From positions 47,301,969 to 47,365,968 of the forward strand of contig NC_068988.1 of the NCBI RefSeq assembly GCF_001194135.2: a DNA stretch of 64,000 bases. The letters run 5' to 3'. This document shows, piece by piece, positions 53,061 through 64,000 of this stretch. Positions within the stretch are counted from its first letter, which is position 1; each line of letters opens with the position of its first letter. The translations under genes were made by a program, and so were the position numbers. A model generated the notes under the pieces. The model saw only the letters and a list, made by a program, of their open reading frames with translations. It did not search any database and was not told the DNA's origin. The stretch is from Octopus bimaculoides. Taxonomy: Eukaryota.

Positions 53061-54173
53061 CCATCAGTCCACCTCCGTCTATCAATCTACCTATCTCCTT
53101 TTCTGTCTCTGCCTATCCATTTTAAAATTTCTTTATCAATTTATCTTTTTAAGCACGCTTCTCCTTATCAATCTATTTTCATTTATAAATCTTTCCCTCT
53201 CACTACTTATTTACATTTATATCTATCTCACTATCACTGCACTTATCTCTCTATCTACATGTTTGTTACGTATATATTTAAGAGTAGTTGCATGAGCGCT
53301 TGCATGCATGCATGTATGCATACATGTACGTATGAACGCGTACATGTGAGCATACATTTTCCATGTGTGTACGCATGCATTTATGAAAGATAGCAGAGAT
53401 TGAACTTATACACATGTGAAAGGAGGTGTAGAAAATGAATGAAGTATGGAGGAGAAATTAGAAAAGAAAGAAAAAACTGTTGGAGGATTTTCAAGAATAA
53501 AACTAGCAAGAACATAATCCAATAAATATCAAAACAATGACAACAATAACGTGTATAAATAGCTACTCCCTTTTTCTCTCCCTTTATAATATAAAATATA
53601 GTGCCTGTTGAATGAAGTGACGCATAGCAAAACGTACGGACATTTTCTCAAGTTCTATGCTGTAATTATCTTAATGCTGACGTCTTTCCTTTATTTCTAA
53701 CTACATACTTAGTATTACTTCTTGCCTATTCAATGTTTTCAACAGTAAACACTGTTTATGATATATGTGTGTATGCGTGTGTGAGTGAGTGTGTGTGTGT
53801 GTGTATGTGTGTGTGTGTGTGTTTATGTGCGTGTGTGTGTGTTGAAATGATGACGTGAGTATATATACAAATATAAGGTGCAGACTTGACATAAAGCCGA
53901 GTTATTGAAGAGAGTGTATCTGCCAGTATGCTCATGATTACATGCATACATATATACTTACATACATACATTCATACATACATACTCATATACATACATA
54001 CATAATACATATATATATAAACAATATATGAGTATATGCATATATATGTACATGTATGTATATACGTTCATCTACACGTACATATAGATACATAACTGGG
54101 TACATGACGTGGCAAAAGAACAAGGACAAAATGGTAAACAAGGTGCGACAAACAAGCAGGCCACATAGAAACA

Positions 54174-54233
54174 TCCCCTTCATCAGCTGCCATCATTAAA
54201 ACTCCGGCGTTTCGAAGAATTAAGGCAGTACGC
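54174..54233 (-). ncRNA. Candidate non-circularly permuted hammerhead ribozyme
   Basis: GCG-TA-CTGCC-ttaa-TTCTTC-GAAA-CGC-15 nt-GGCAG-CTGATGA-A-GGGGA. All three stems pair, but the strand order is reversed relative to types I-III. Confidence 0.5.
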
Positions 54234-54634
54234 ATCGTTAAAATGGTTCTTCCCACGAACACAAATTAAATTGTTTTCGTGGAGGGTAGTAGCGGACGGA
54301 AAACAAGACAGGAAAACGAAACGGTGAAATAAACAAACAATACATATATATACATACATACATACATACATATNNNNNNNNNNNNNTATGTTCATATATT
54401 TACGTATATATGTGTGTCATATTTTTATATTTCCTGAAATCTTCCCACATGAAAGAAATGGCTCCCGGCAAAAAAAAAAATAGAGTGTAACTAGATAAAT
54501 CTCCAATGCTGCAATGTACATAACAAATGAAGAGTCACATGATAGACTTTAAAAAAGTCTCGTATGTATTTACTATTCGTTTACAGATTGATTTTAAAAA
54601 ATCTCTCTTGGCTGCTTGCTGAAAACTACAAGTA

Positions 54635-55913
54635 TCAGGTTGAGTAAAAAATAAACAACGTTTCGAACCATGAAGAATTTGTTCCGGATTTTTGCAGATT
54701 TTTTTATTTTTTAAAAATATTATTTTGCAGTTATCTGATAAAACAGGCATAGACTTGCCCAAATGCATCAATAAATCAACATTGATATTTTTTTCACCGT
54801 TATAATCGTCTGAAATGAAACTGTCAAAGCGCGATATTCGAGCAATTTTACTATTCAACTTCAAAAAAGGACGTAATGCAACTGAAACTGCTTGCTATAC
54901 CAACGAATCGTTTGGTGAGGAAATGACTAGTGAGTGGTCAGCTCGAAAATGGTTTAAACGATTTCGCAGTGGAGACCTGAGCCCTGAAGCTTGTAAGCGT
55001 AGTGGATGCCCATCTGCCATCGATGACGGTCAGTTAAAGACAGTCATTGAGAAAGACTAGGTAAAACCACTCGAGAACTGGCAAAATAACTTCAAGTTAG
55101 CCAGAAAACTGCCTGCAACCATTTGCATGTGATCGGAAATTAAAAAAAGGCTTGACAAATGTGTACCACAGGAATAGGATGAAAATCAGAAAATGTGTAG
55201 GTATGAAATTTGTTCGTCGCTTCTTCTCCGTAATCAGACCGATCCATTTTTCAACTGTATTGTAACTTGCGACGAAAATGAATTCTGTAAAATAATATAA
55301 AAACATTCTTAGCAGTGGTTGGACCAAAATTAAGCACCGAAAACCTTCCCTAAATTCGAGTTCTTGAAAAGAAAGGATATGATTGTTTGGTGGTTTACTG
55401 CTGGACTCATCCACTATAACTTCGTAAAACCTGGAAAAAATATTACTGCAGAAACATACTGCCGTGACATTACCGAATTGAGCGAAAAGCTGCTACCCCT
55501 CCGTCCTAGACTGGTCAACAGAAGAGGGCCAATCATTCTTCATGAAAATGCTCGACCACCATTTCACTAATGACGCTCCAGAAGATGAGGAAACTTGGCA
55601 ACGAAGTTCTTCCCCACCCAGCTTATTCTCCAGACCTTTCTCCTACCGACTATTCCCTTGTCAAGCATCTTCATGGTTTCCTGGGGAAGAAGAAATTCAA
55701 AAATCAAACCGATGCTGAAAGTGCGTTCAAAGAGTTCATCAGGTTCAGAACTCCAGATTTTTATGTTACCAGAATAAAGAAACCTGTAACTCGTTGGCAA
55801 AAATGTGCTGATTGTAATGGTACTTATTTTGTTGAATAAAATTTCCGCATTGGTGAAATACATTATGATGAATTTCATGTTTCAAAACATTGCTTACGTT
55901 TTACTCAGCCTGG
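54635..55913 (+). mobile_element. Full-length mariner DD34D element (1279 bp)
   Basis: ~40-bp TIRs (tcaggttgagtaaaaaataaacaacgtttcgaaccatgaa / ttcatgtttcaaaacattgcttacgttttactcagcctgg), with TA at 54633-54634 and 55914-55915. Confidence 0.95.
54815..55839 (+). pseudogene. Mariner transposase pseudogene (Hsmar1/cecropia-like)
   Basis: MKLSKRDIRAILLFNFKKG...WFKRFRSGD...IVTCDE...LHENARP...HPAYSPDLSPTDY...RWQKC..CNGTYFVE*, with several stops and frameshifts. Confidence 0.93.
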
Positions 55914-57014
55914 TAAATATATGATCTGGTTTGAGATAGCTTAGTGTTAAGCAGATTAGCTTTCACGCTTATGGTCATGTATCTGCTTCTTTTATTCGAC
56001 TGCAGTGTTAAGGGCTGTAACAATGAATGATTTTAGACGACCATATCAGACCTAATACTTATCTTTAGGTCTTGCGCACATTTTACCAGTCTGTTTTTCG
56101 AACCACTAGGTTACGGGACACAATCACAAACCACTGGCTTCAAGTGATATCGTTTCTATAAAAGGGAGTTCAAGAGAAACACACGTAATTACACGCATGT
56201 AGATACATAGGTAGATGAGACTCATAGCTATAGACACAGAAATTTAAACTCTATTTAAAATAATATTTTTAAGAATTGATTAATATCTCTTAATATAGGT
56301 AAAATATCAGCAAACCAAAAAATTTTCCTAATTAATACTTTATTTAAGATGAGGTTGTGGAGTTCTGCAGTTTCAAGAATGAAAACTAAAATTACTTCTG
56401 TTAATCCCACAAACAGATTAGTCAACATTGTAGAATGCACTACTAAAAAAATTTCCTAACAGAGTTAATACTAAATGGTCATAGATTTACATACTTAACT
56501 ACCCTTCAAATAGAACAGTGTGACACATCTACTGGTGATAAATCCAAAGGAATTACCAGAAACCAAAGCTGTATTAGCAAGTGTAACGGCACTAGCCTTT
56601 CGCGCTTTCACTTAGATATTAAAAGACTACCCAAGAAAGTAGTCCATGAATGCAAAAGCAAAACTGCTTATCCGGTAAAAACAACATTGGTGAGACAGCA
56701 CACAACTACAAAGCATGATAAAAGCAGCATATTAAAAATTATTCAACACGCATAACATCATTTTCTGCATATTACTAGTACTTATATAGATAGAAAGACA
56801 GGTAGACAGACATACAGATAGATATATAGATAGATAGACACGAACGCATATTTATATAATGTAATATATTATATATTATATTATTGTGATTACTTAAATG
56901 AAGATATTTCGTTTCTGTGCTATGCTGAGTAGATTTCCTTTGTGTAAAACATATTTAGTATAATTCACAGAAAAAAATGAGTCATATATGTAGAGGCAGG
57001 TAATAAATTTACAT

Positions 57015-57068
<54 letters not shown>

Positions 57069-58315
57069 CATATATAGGCAAAAGTAAAGTTATGTAATAA
57101 ATCTAAAATATTATGTATATTTTATATATATAGATATAAGTATAGATATACGTATATATATATATATATNNNNNNNNNNNNNNNNNNNNNNNNNNNNNNN
57201 NNNNNNNNNNNNNNNNNNNNNNNNNNNNNNNNNNNNNNNNNNNNNNNNNNNNNNNNNNNNNNNNNNNNNNNNNNNNNNNNNNNNNNNNNNNNNNNNNNNN
57301 NNNNNNNNNNNNNNNNNNNNNNNNNNNNNNNNNNNNNNNNNNNNNNNNNNNNNNNNNNNNNNNNNNNNNNNNNNNNNNNNNNNNNNNNNNNNNNNNNNNN
57401 NNNNNNNNNNNNNNNNNNNNNNNNNNNNNNNNNNNNNNNNNNNNNNNNNNNNNNNNNNNNNNNNNNNNNNNNNNNNNNNNNNNNNNNNNNNNNNNNNNNN
57501 NNNNNNNNNNNNNNNNNNNNNNNNNNNNNNNNNNNNNNNNNNNNNNNNNNNNNNNNNNNNNNNNNNNNNNNNNNNNNNNNNNNNNNNNNNNNNNNNNNNN
57601 NNNNNNNNNNNNNNNNNNNNNNNNNNNNNNNNNNNNNNNNNNNNNNNNNNNNNNNNNNNNNNNNNNNNNNNNNNNNNNNNNNNNNNNNNNNNNNNNNNNN
57701 NNNNNNNNNNNNNNNNNNNNNNNNNNNNNNNNNNNNNNNNNNNNNNNNNNNNNNNNNNNNNNNNNNNNNNNNNNNNNNNNNNNNNNNNNNNNNNNNNNNN
57801 NNNNNNNNNNNNNNNNNNNNNNNNNNNNNNNNNNNNNNNNNNNNNNNNNNNNNNNNNNNNNNNNNNNNNNNNNNNNNNNNNNNTATATATGTTGAAGGAA
57901 AACGGGAAATGGAGATACAATTGATGAATAATAATTGATTTACATCAAGTATCATTTATTAATTAATTACAAAATGATAGAATCTCAACATAGAGATGTT
58001 TCTGTTAGCGTGATTGTCAGTTTTAACCAGCACAACAATAGTTATCATTGTAGGTAATTAGTTATACCAAATTCAATCACGAAACTTCATCATAGCGAAA
58101 AAGTAAATAAAATATAAGTAAAGAGAAAAAGAAGAAAAAGAAGAAAAAGGGGAAAGTGACCCACTGAAGAGCATTCAACCGACTGGAATTTACAATAGAA
58201 CAAGGGGTAATTATAATATTAAGTGGTGCATTCCTATATATGTTAAGGGAGAGGCGTGGATTAAATATATAAGAATTAAATGAGCAATTTGCATATATAT
58301 ATTTATATATATACA

Positions 58316-58358
58316 GTGGATGACAAGAGCAAATGAAAGTGGATGACAAGAGCAAATG
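58316..58358. repeat. Tandem duplication with a 23-bp period
   Basis: gtggatgacaagagcaaatg occurs twice. Confidence 0.85.
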
Positions 58359-58879
58359 TCTAAATTATTACACATGGCTTCTGAATAGCAGCTACAAACG
58401 GTCGAAACATCACAGTGACGCTTGCAAATGAAAGGTTGGATGCTTTTTCGTGTGTGTAAATTTATTTCGGTATTCATACTATTCTACAGAACCCAGGTTA
58501 CTTCTCCGTGAGCCACGCTGTATAATAGAATCTCTTGACAGAATTTAATTCCTATATTTACGTCCGTTTTTAAAATGGTGACTGTTCTCGTACAGGTACT
58601 GTTGAGAACGAGAAGCGATAGAATCAGAAACATCTGGATAAAATATGTTCGTTCTTCATGCACATTCTCGGAATATAACTGTTTTCAGTGACAAGCTTCA
58701 AAATGCTATTGATATTTCATTTTGAAATTCTTATTTCGCGACTCGCTTGCCGCACTAAGCATCTGGAAAAAGTTAATATAGTCACACCTGGAATACATTT
58801 GATACTGTGTCTACTGCATCAGTACTGTCCTGGAGCTAAACTAAATCAACACGAACATTATTACTAGATCAACTACCTC

Positions 58880-59400
58880 CTCTACAACCAACACTGTGAC
58901 CATTATCACACGTACACTGAATACCATCATGATCACAATCATAGAAACACCATTATCAAAAATTTTACTACTTCCCACTCTTTACACTAAATTGCCACTA
59001 TCACCACTGCTAAAATAGTCATCTCCACTATAGTCATCGACTTCACCGCTACCATTACTACCGATATTACTACCGAAATTGAATCTATCACAACTATCAT
59101 CTCACTCACGATCACAAGCGTCTTCAACGCCACCATCAAACCACAACTAACATCCGCCATTTCTACCACTAGCAACGAAACTAGCACTGCCACCACTACA
59201 GCCAACACCAGCTGCATCATCAATACTACCACTCTTACCATTCTCACTACTATCACTACTAACACGGAGACAGCGAGTAGCACCACAATCACTAGCACGA
59301 TCTTCACCACCACTATCACCGGCATCATTGTCACATGATGCTAAAGATTTAACCATCAACGCCAGCATCAGCAAACTGTGAAGCGATGCAGACGTTAGAT
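58880..59400. repeat. Degenerate (ACC/ACT/ATC)n cryptic simple repeat
   Basis: Triplet-periodic low complexity. Confidence 0.7.
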
Positions 59401-60573
59401 GGTTATTTCAAGTATCAGAAATAGAACTGAAGCATCCATTCAATCACATCTTGAGTTTCCTAATTATGCATTAGCCACTGCATGGTACAGCCACGGTGTA
59501 AATAACTGCGGTCGTGAATCTACATACGGAGAGCTTACCAAGAGGATGAACACTAAGACTACTACGATTGCCACAGCCACCACCAAGAAAAACTAGCAAC
59601 AACAACAACACGTTCACATCTTATACACAGCCGAGAGAAAATTTATTGTCAAAGGTTGATACTTAAATATCTAAATCCCATAGTATGGCATATGTGTTTG
59701 ATTCAATCTCCACTTCCCAGCAATTCTTCCTTTCAATACTCATTATTTTAGCCTCGCCATATCACTTCACTTCCTAACATCTTTTACAATTTATTGCTTC
59801 CAAATTCAGTAAATTCTCTCCTAAAAGATATTTCCTTTGTTTACTTCTTTTTAAATTGTATTTTTGTATGTTTTTTGTATGAACATTTTTATGTGTATTC
59901 TGTTTTTATTTATTTCTTTGTTACTTAGATTCACTGTAGTTTTGTTATATTTTGTATTAAATTCCACCCCTTCTCTGCTTTCTCTACCTTCCTCCCATTC
60001 TCTCTATTTCTCTTCCTCCCGCTCTCTCCCTCTCTGTATTTGTGTGTCTGTATATATGTGGCTAGGTGTATGACAGTCTGGTGGTGCGGAGTTTATAAAA
60101 TATTTTTGTTTGTTCTTTTTATACATTTTTGCAACATTTATTTGCTATAATTTTTGTTCAAGATTTATTTTATTGAAAGAAATGAGGTAGGTGGTGGGGT
60201 GTCACAAAATTTAATATCTTTGGTGTTTGTTTCAAATATTGGTAACAGAATCTCTATGAGGTTCGTAGTGGCCATCATGATGAGGTTGATAGTGGTGGCA
60301 ATGAAGAAGACGGTTCTGATGGCGTATATAAATCTATAAGTGTGTGTGCTTTCAATCTCTATCTATGTTGGGTTGGGGTGACCGTGTGAGTGTGTTTGAT
60401 GTGTATGTAGATATAAGACAGTATAGATATGACAGTGAGGGAGGGAGAGAGACTGAGTGAGAGAGGAGCATTGTTTGTCAGTGAAAGGGAAAATGAAAAA
60501 CAGGGAGTGATATGAGCATATGTGTAGATAAGATACATATCAATTTATTTATAAAGACGTGTGTGAGCACGCA

Positions 60574-60609
<36 letters not shown>

Positions 60610-62352
60610 AACTGAAGGGCTCAAAATACCAGTAAGCCGTGTTCTGTATTTCCACTCTTTCCATTCACAATCTCACCTTGTTATCTCTTAAAGCAACGGA
60701 TATGAGAGATACTGAGGAATGCTTCTCTCAAATGTTTTAAAGAATATTCAAGTGAGCAATATTTATAAAACTGGTTGCCTCACGATCACTTTTTCAATCT
60801 TCTTCCTAGCTGATGTTGTAATACAAAAATTATACAAATATCTTCACGCATTTAATCCTACATGCAGAAGCGAACCTCATACAAGCGTGTAAATCAATTC
60901 TTCTCGTACGAAATTTTTTTGTAGTAGCTGTTTAAATAATTTATTTGGAAAGTTTCGTCTGTGGATAATTGGAACTTCGAGGCAAACAATTTTCACTGCT
61001 TGGTACGTTTGCAAAAGTGTTTGGTTTCATGAATGTTTGGTTTCGTTCAAGCCATTAGCGCATGGGCGCATAGTTCTGTATTTTCTCGTTCAATCAAAGT
61101 CACATAGTATTTTGATTTGAAATGATCATTCCTATAGTCTTGAGCCTTATACACGACCCAATAAGTAATTTTGAATTCATGAAGACATGTCTCATATAAG
61201 AACGATATAACATTCAATCAGGTTTGATAATTGAATGGTTTTGCCTAAAATATAGATTTTGAATGTCAATTCAGTTGCAGCGATGTACATCTTTGATTTA
61301 TTACAGTTAGTGTTTTCGACTTTGGCACTTTATACACTGGCTGTTACTTTGCTACGCAGTTATCATCTAGTGCATAATTATTTACCGATTCTAAAGTTGT
61401 ATGATTAGAAATTGGTTAGTTGCTTCACTATCTATTTCATACAACCGTGCAACATAATAACATCTGATTTAAAAACGAAAATTCTTACAAGCAAAATACC
61501 TAATCATATCATAGTTCCTATTCAATACCTTTTTATATTTATGCCTCAGCGGAAAATGGTGAGTTATCAAATCAAAAAATTCAATAGATATATCAGTTCT
61601 TAATTCTAAATTAAATACTATGATATACGATAAAAATCATCAATTTCCTATATCTTTTATTCGTCCAGTACATTTTTCTTCCAACGCTTTTATATGTTCT
61701 GTCTAATCAGAGAATTCACTGTTTCTAAGAATTTAATCATGATAACACGTTACATCTAAAAAGCTTCTTCGTCAAAAAGTATAGAAGATACCCGTTTACT
61801 AAAAAATATTGACAATTCTCAAGATGCTGGACGAATGAATTGATTGCCTATGTATGTGTACTATTAACACATTCGGTTTGTAATATGGCCACAAACTATG
61901 GTTGTCTTGTCTCAAGTTTTCCTCTAGAAAACTATCGATGATATTATTGATATCTACTGTAATAATAAGCCGTCGTTCACAAAATAATTAGTGAAATCAT
62001 CCCTAAATCGACTGAAATACGATCGCAAATTATTCTCCATAAAACCATGTCATCATCCTTGTATATATACAATCTATTTTAGGGAATTTCTTTTCAATAG
62101 ATATCGAATAAATATCTCCATAAATTATATTCATCTGAGCATCATGATATGATTTCCTAGATATATATTACAAACGCAAAAGGATTGCCTGATACTATGT
62201 CAAGCAAGTGTAAGGGGTCAGCCACATTTAAGTGGCAATATACTTCACTTTATCGTGCAGTTACTGTTAATACCTCATTTAGAGAATTAACATTGCTTGT
62301 TTTCACTTTTTCGATATCAGTGAATAATTTCACTGGAAAAAGATACGTAAGG

Positions 62353-62479
62353 TTTGCCAAGAATTATCTTTCTCATCGCAGATCGGTGGCTATCGGACGC
62401 TGACGAAGGGAAATAACCCTGAAACTCGGGTCCGTTCGTGCTACAGATCACGATGAGAGGGATAACTTCCCTTGGCAAA
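62353..62479 (+). ncRNA. Type I hammerhead ribozyme capping a long rod-like hairpin (retrozyme or Penelope-like)
   Basis: Core CTGACGA 62400-62406; stem II AGGG/CCCT; GAAA 62421-62424; stem III AC/GT with quasi-palindromic ACTCGGGT; GUC site at 62432; stem I CGGACG/CGTTCG, extended by about 33 further pairs. Confidence 0.85.
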
Positions 62480-62847
62480 ACAAACAGGACACAGAAGTGT
62501 GTCGATAAGCCAGCTGGAGGAGATATCCTCCTGGAGCTAAAAGCAACNNNNNNNNNNNNNNNNNNNNNNNNNNNNNNNNNNNNNNNNNNNNNNNNNNNNN
62601 NNNNNNNNNNNNNNNNNNNNNNNNNNNNNNNNNNNNNNNNNNNNNNNNNNNNNNNNNNNNNNNNNNNNNNNNNNNNNNNNNNNNNNNNNNNNNNNNNNNN
62701 NNNNNNNNNNNNNNNNNNNNNNNNNNNNNNNNNNNNNNNNNNNNNNNNNNNNNNNNNNNNNNNNNNNNNNNNNNNNNNNNNNNNAATTTCAATTTTTAAT
62801 AAATTGAATTAATTGAGTTTTTACCTGTAAATTTGGATTGTTATCCC

Positions 62848-62910
<63 letters not shown>
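62848..62910. repeat. (ATT)n microsatellite
   Basis: Read directly. Confidence 0.95.
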
Positions 62911-62984
62911 GTTTTCTCTTCCAGAATTTTGGTTGCTTCTTGCAACTTCCTCAAACCGGATGCAAAAACGAAATAACAAATTAA

Positions 62985-63240
62985 CAGCAGCAACAACAGC
63001 AACAATAATAATTGTAGTAATAATAATAATATCATTATTATTATCATCATCATTGTCGTCGTCGTCGTCGACATCATCATTATTATCATTATCAATAGTA
63101 GTAGTAGTAGTAGTAGTAGTAGTGGCAGGCGCAGCAGCAGTATTAGTAGGAGGAGGAGGAAGAGGAGGAGGAGGAGGAGGTGGTGGTGGAGGACGTGGTG
63201 GAGGACGTGGTGGAGGAGGAGGTGGTGGAGGAGTAGTAAT
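62985..63240. repeat. Compound trinucleotide array (AAC/AAT/GTC/AGT/GGA/GGT)
   Basis: Read directly. Confidence 0.9.
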
Positions 63241-63804
63241 GGCTTGCAGAATTCATTAGCACAACCAGATCGCGAGCCAACATAAAGTTCACATATGTGA
63301 AATCAAGTTGAAATTATAAGCTGCTAGCAAGTATAATCATAACACGCTTTCAGAAAAAGGGTACACCTACGTGACTTATGTGACAGAACATACTAAGAAA
63401 TCCACAAGGGAAATTTACCATCAAAGCAAAGAATAATTATTTTAGTAAATTATTTTAATTGATGGTACTTGTTTTTCATTTCGCTGATGTTTGCTAAAAA
63501 AAAAAATGCTTTTATATTATGTGAAGCTAAAATGTCTCCTCGTATGAAAGGCCTTTTCTTTCGGTTGGCAATAATTACCTTTCGTATGTGACTCATGTTG
63601 TCCACGTTATTCTTCGTTATTCAATGATATAAGGATGCGACGAGGCGATCTCTGAAAAAAAAACGGTTTATTACATTAAGACCTTAATGCTCTCTGATTA
63701 ATAGAGTTATTAACGTAAGACTAATGTACGGCTTCAGCAGCATAAAAGTAATGATACATTACACTATGTATCGAGTAAGCTTTCCTTATGTTCCTTATTG
63801 ACTA

Positions 63805-63874
<70 letters not shown>

Positions 63875-63959
63875 CCTACCTACCTATCACTTTCTGCCTC
63901 TGTCTATTATATATTTTTATATATTAATATATACACATAATTATATATGTATACATGTT

Positions 63960-64000
<41 letters not shown>
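63805..64000. repeat. (TATC)n and (TA)n microsatellites
   Basis: Read directly. Confidence 0.9.

Overview
AT-rich, microsatellite-dense eukaryotic scaffold sequence with 14 N-gaps, most of them next to simple repeats. The repeat families suggest an octopod cephalopod (Octopus-like); this is my inference, not a database result. I found no intact protein-coding gene, rRNA, true tRNA gene or CRISPR array. Most ORF-track entries are translated microsatellites or N-gaps. The recognisable coding remnants are all decayed transposons: a full-length Tc1 with DD36E spacing (28819-30101), a full-length DD34D mariner (54635-55913), a long-TIR rosa-like element (46159-47010), a deleted mariner (~49011-49899), an hATm-like remnant (~32353-33426), two R4/Dong LINE 3' ends set in (ATT)n arrays, and RTE and CR1 reverse-transcriptase scraps. 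There are also many tRNA-derived SINEs. The most interesting signal is in RNA structure: several hammerhead-ribozyme (HHR) motifs. (1) An apparently intact type I HHR caps a ~127-nt rod-like hairpin inside a ~360-nt highly structured unit (62185-62547), like a retrozyme or Penelope terminal repeat. (2) A candidate non-circularly permuted hammerhead lies at 54174-54233 on the minus strand. (3) A minimal type I HHR sits inside a SINE's (TA)n at 26052-26096. (4) Several decayed or core-variant HHRs occur at 17.4, 17.7, 28.7 and 34.1 kb. An ~850-bp fold-back palindrome (34176-35021) also stands out. All structure calls were made by eye and need folding, covariance and cleavage tests.
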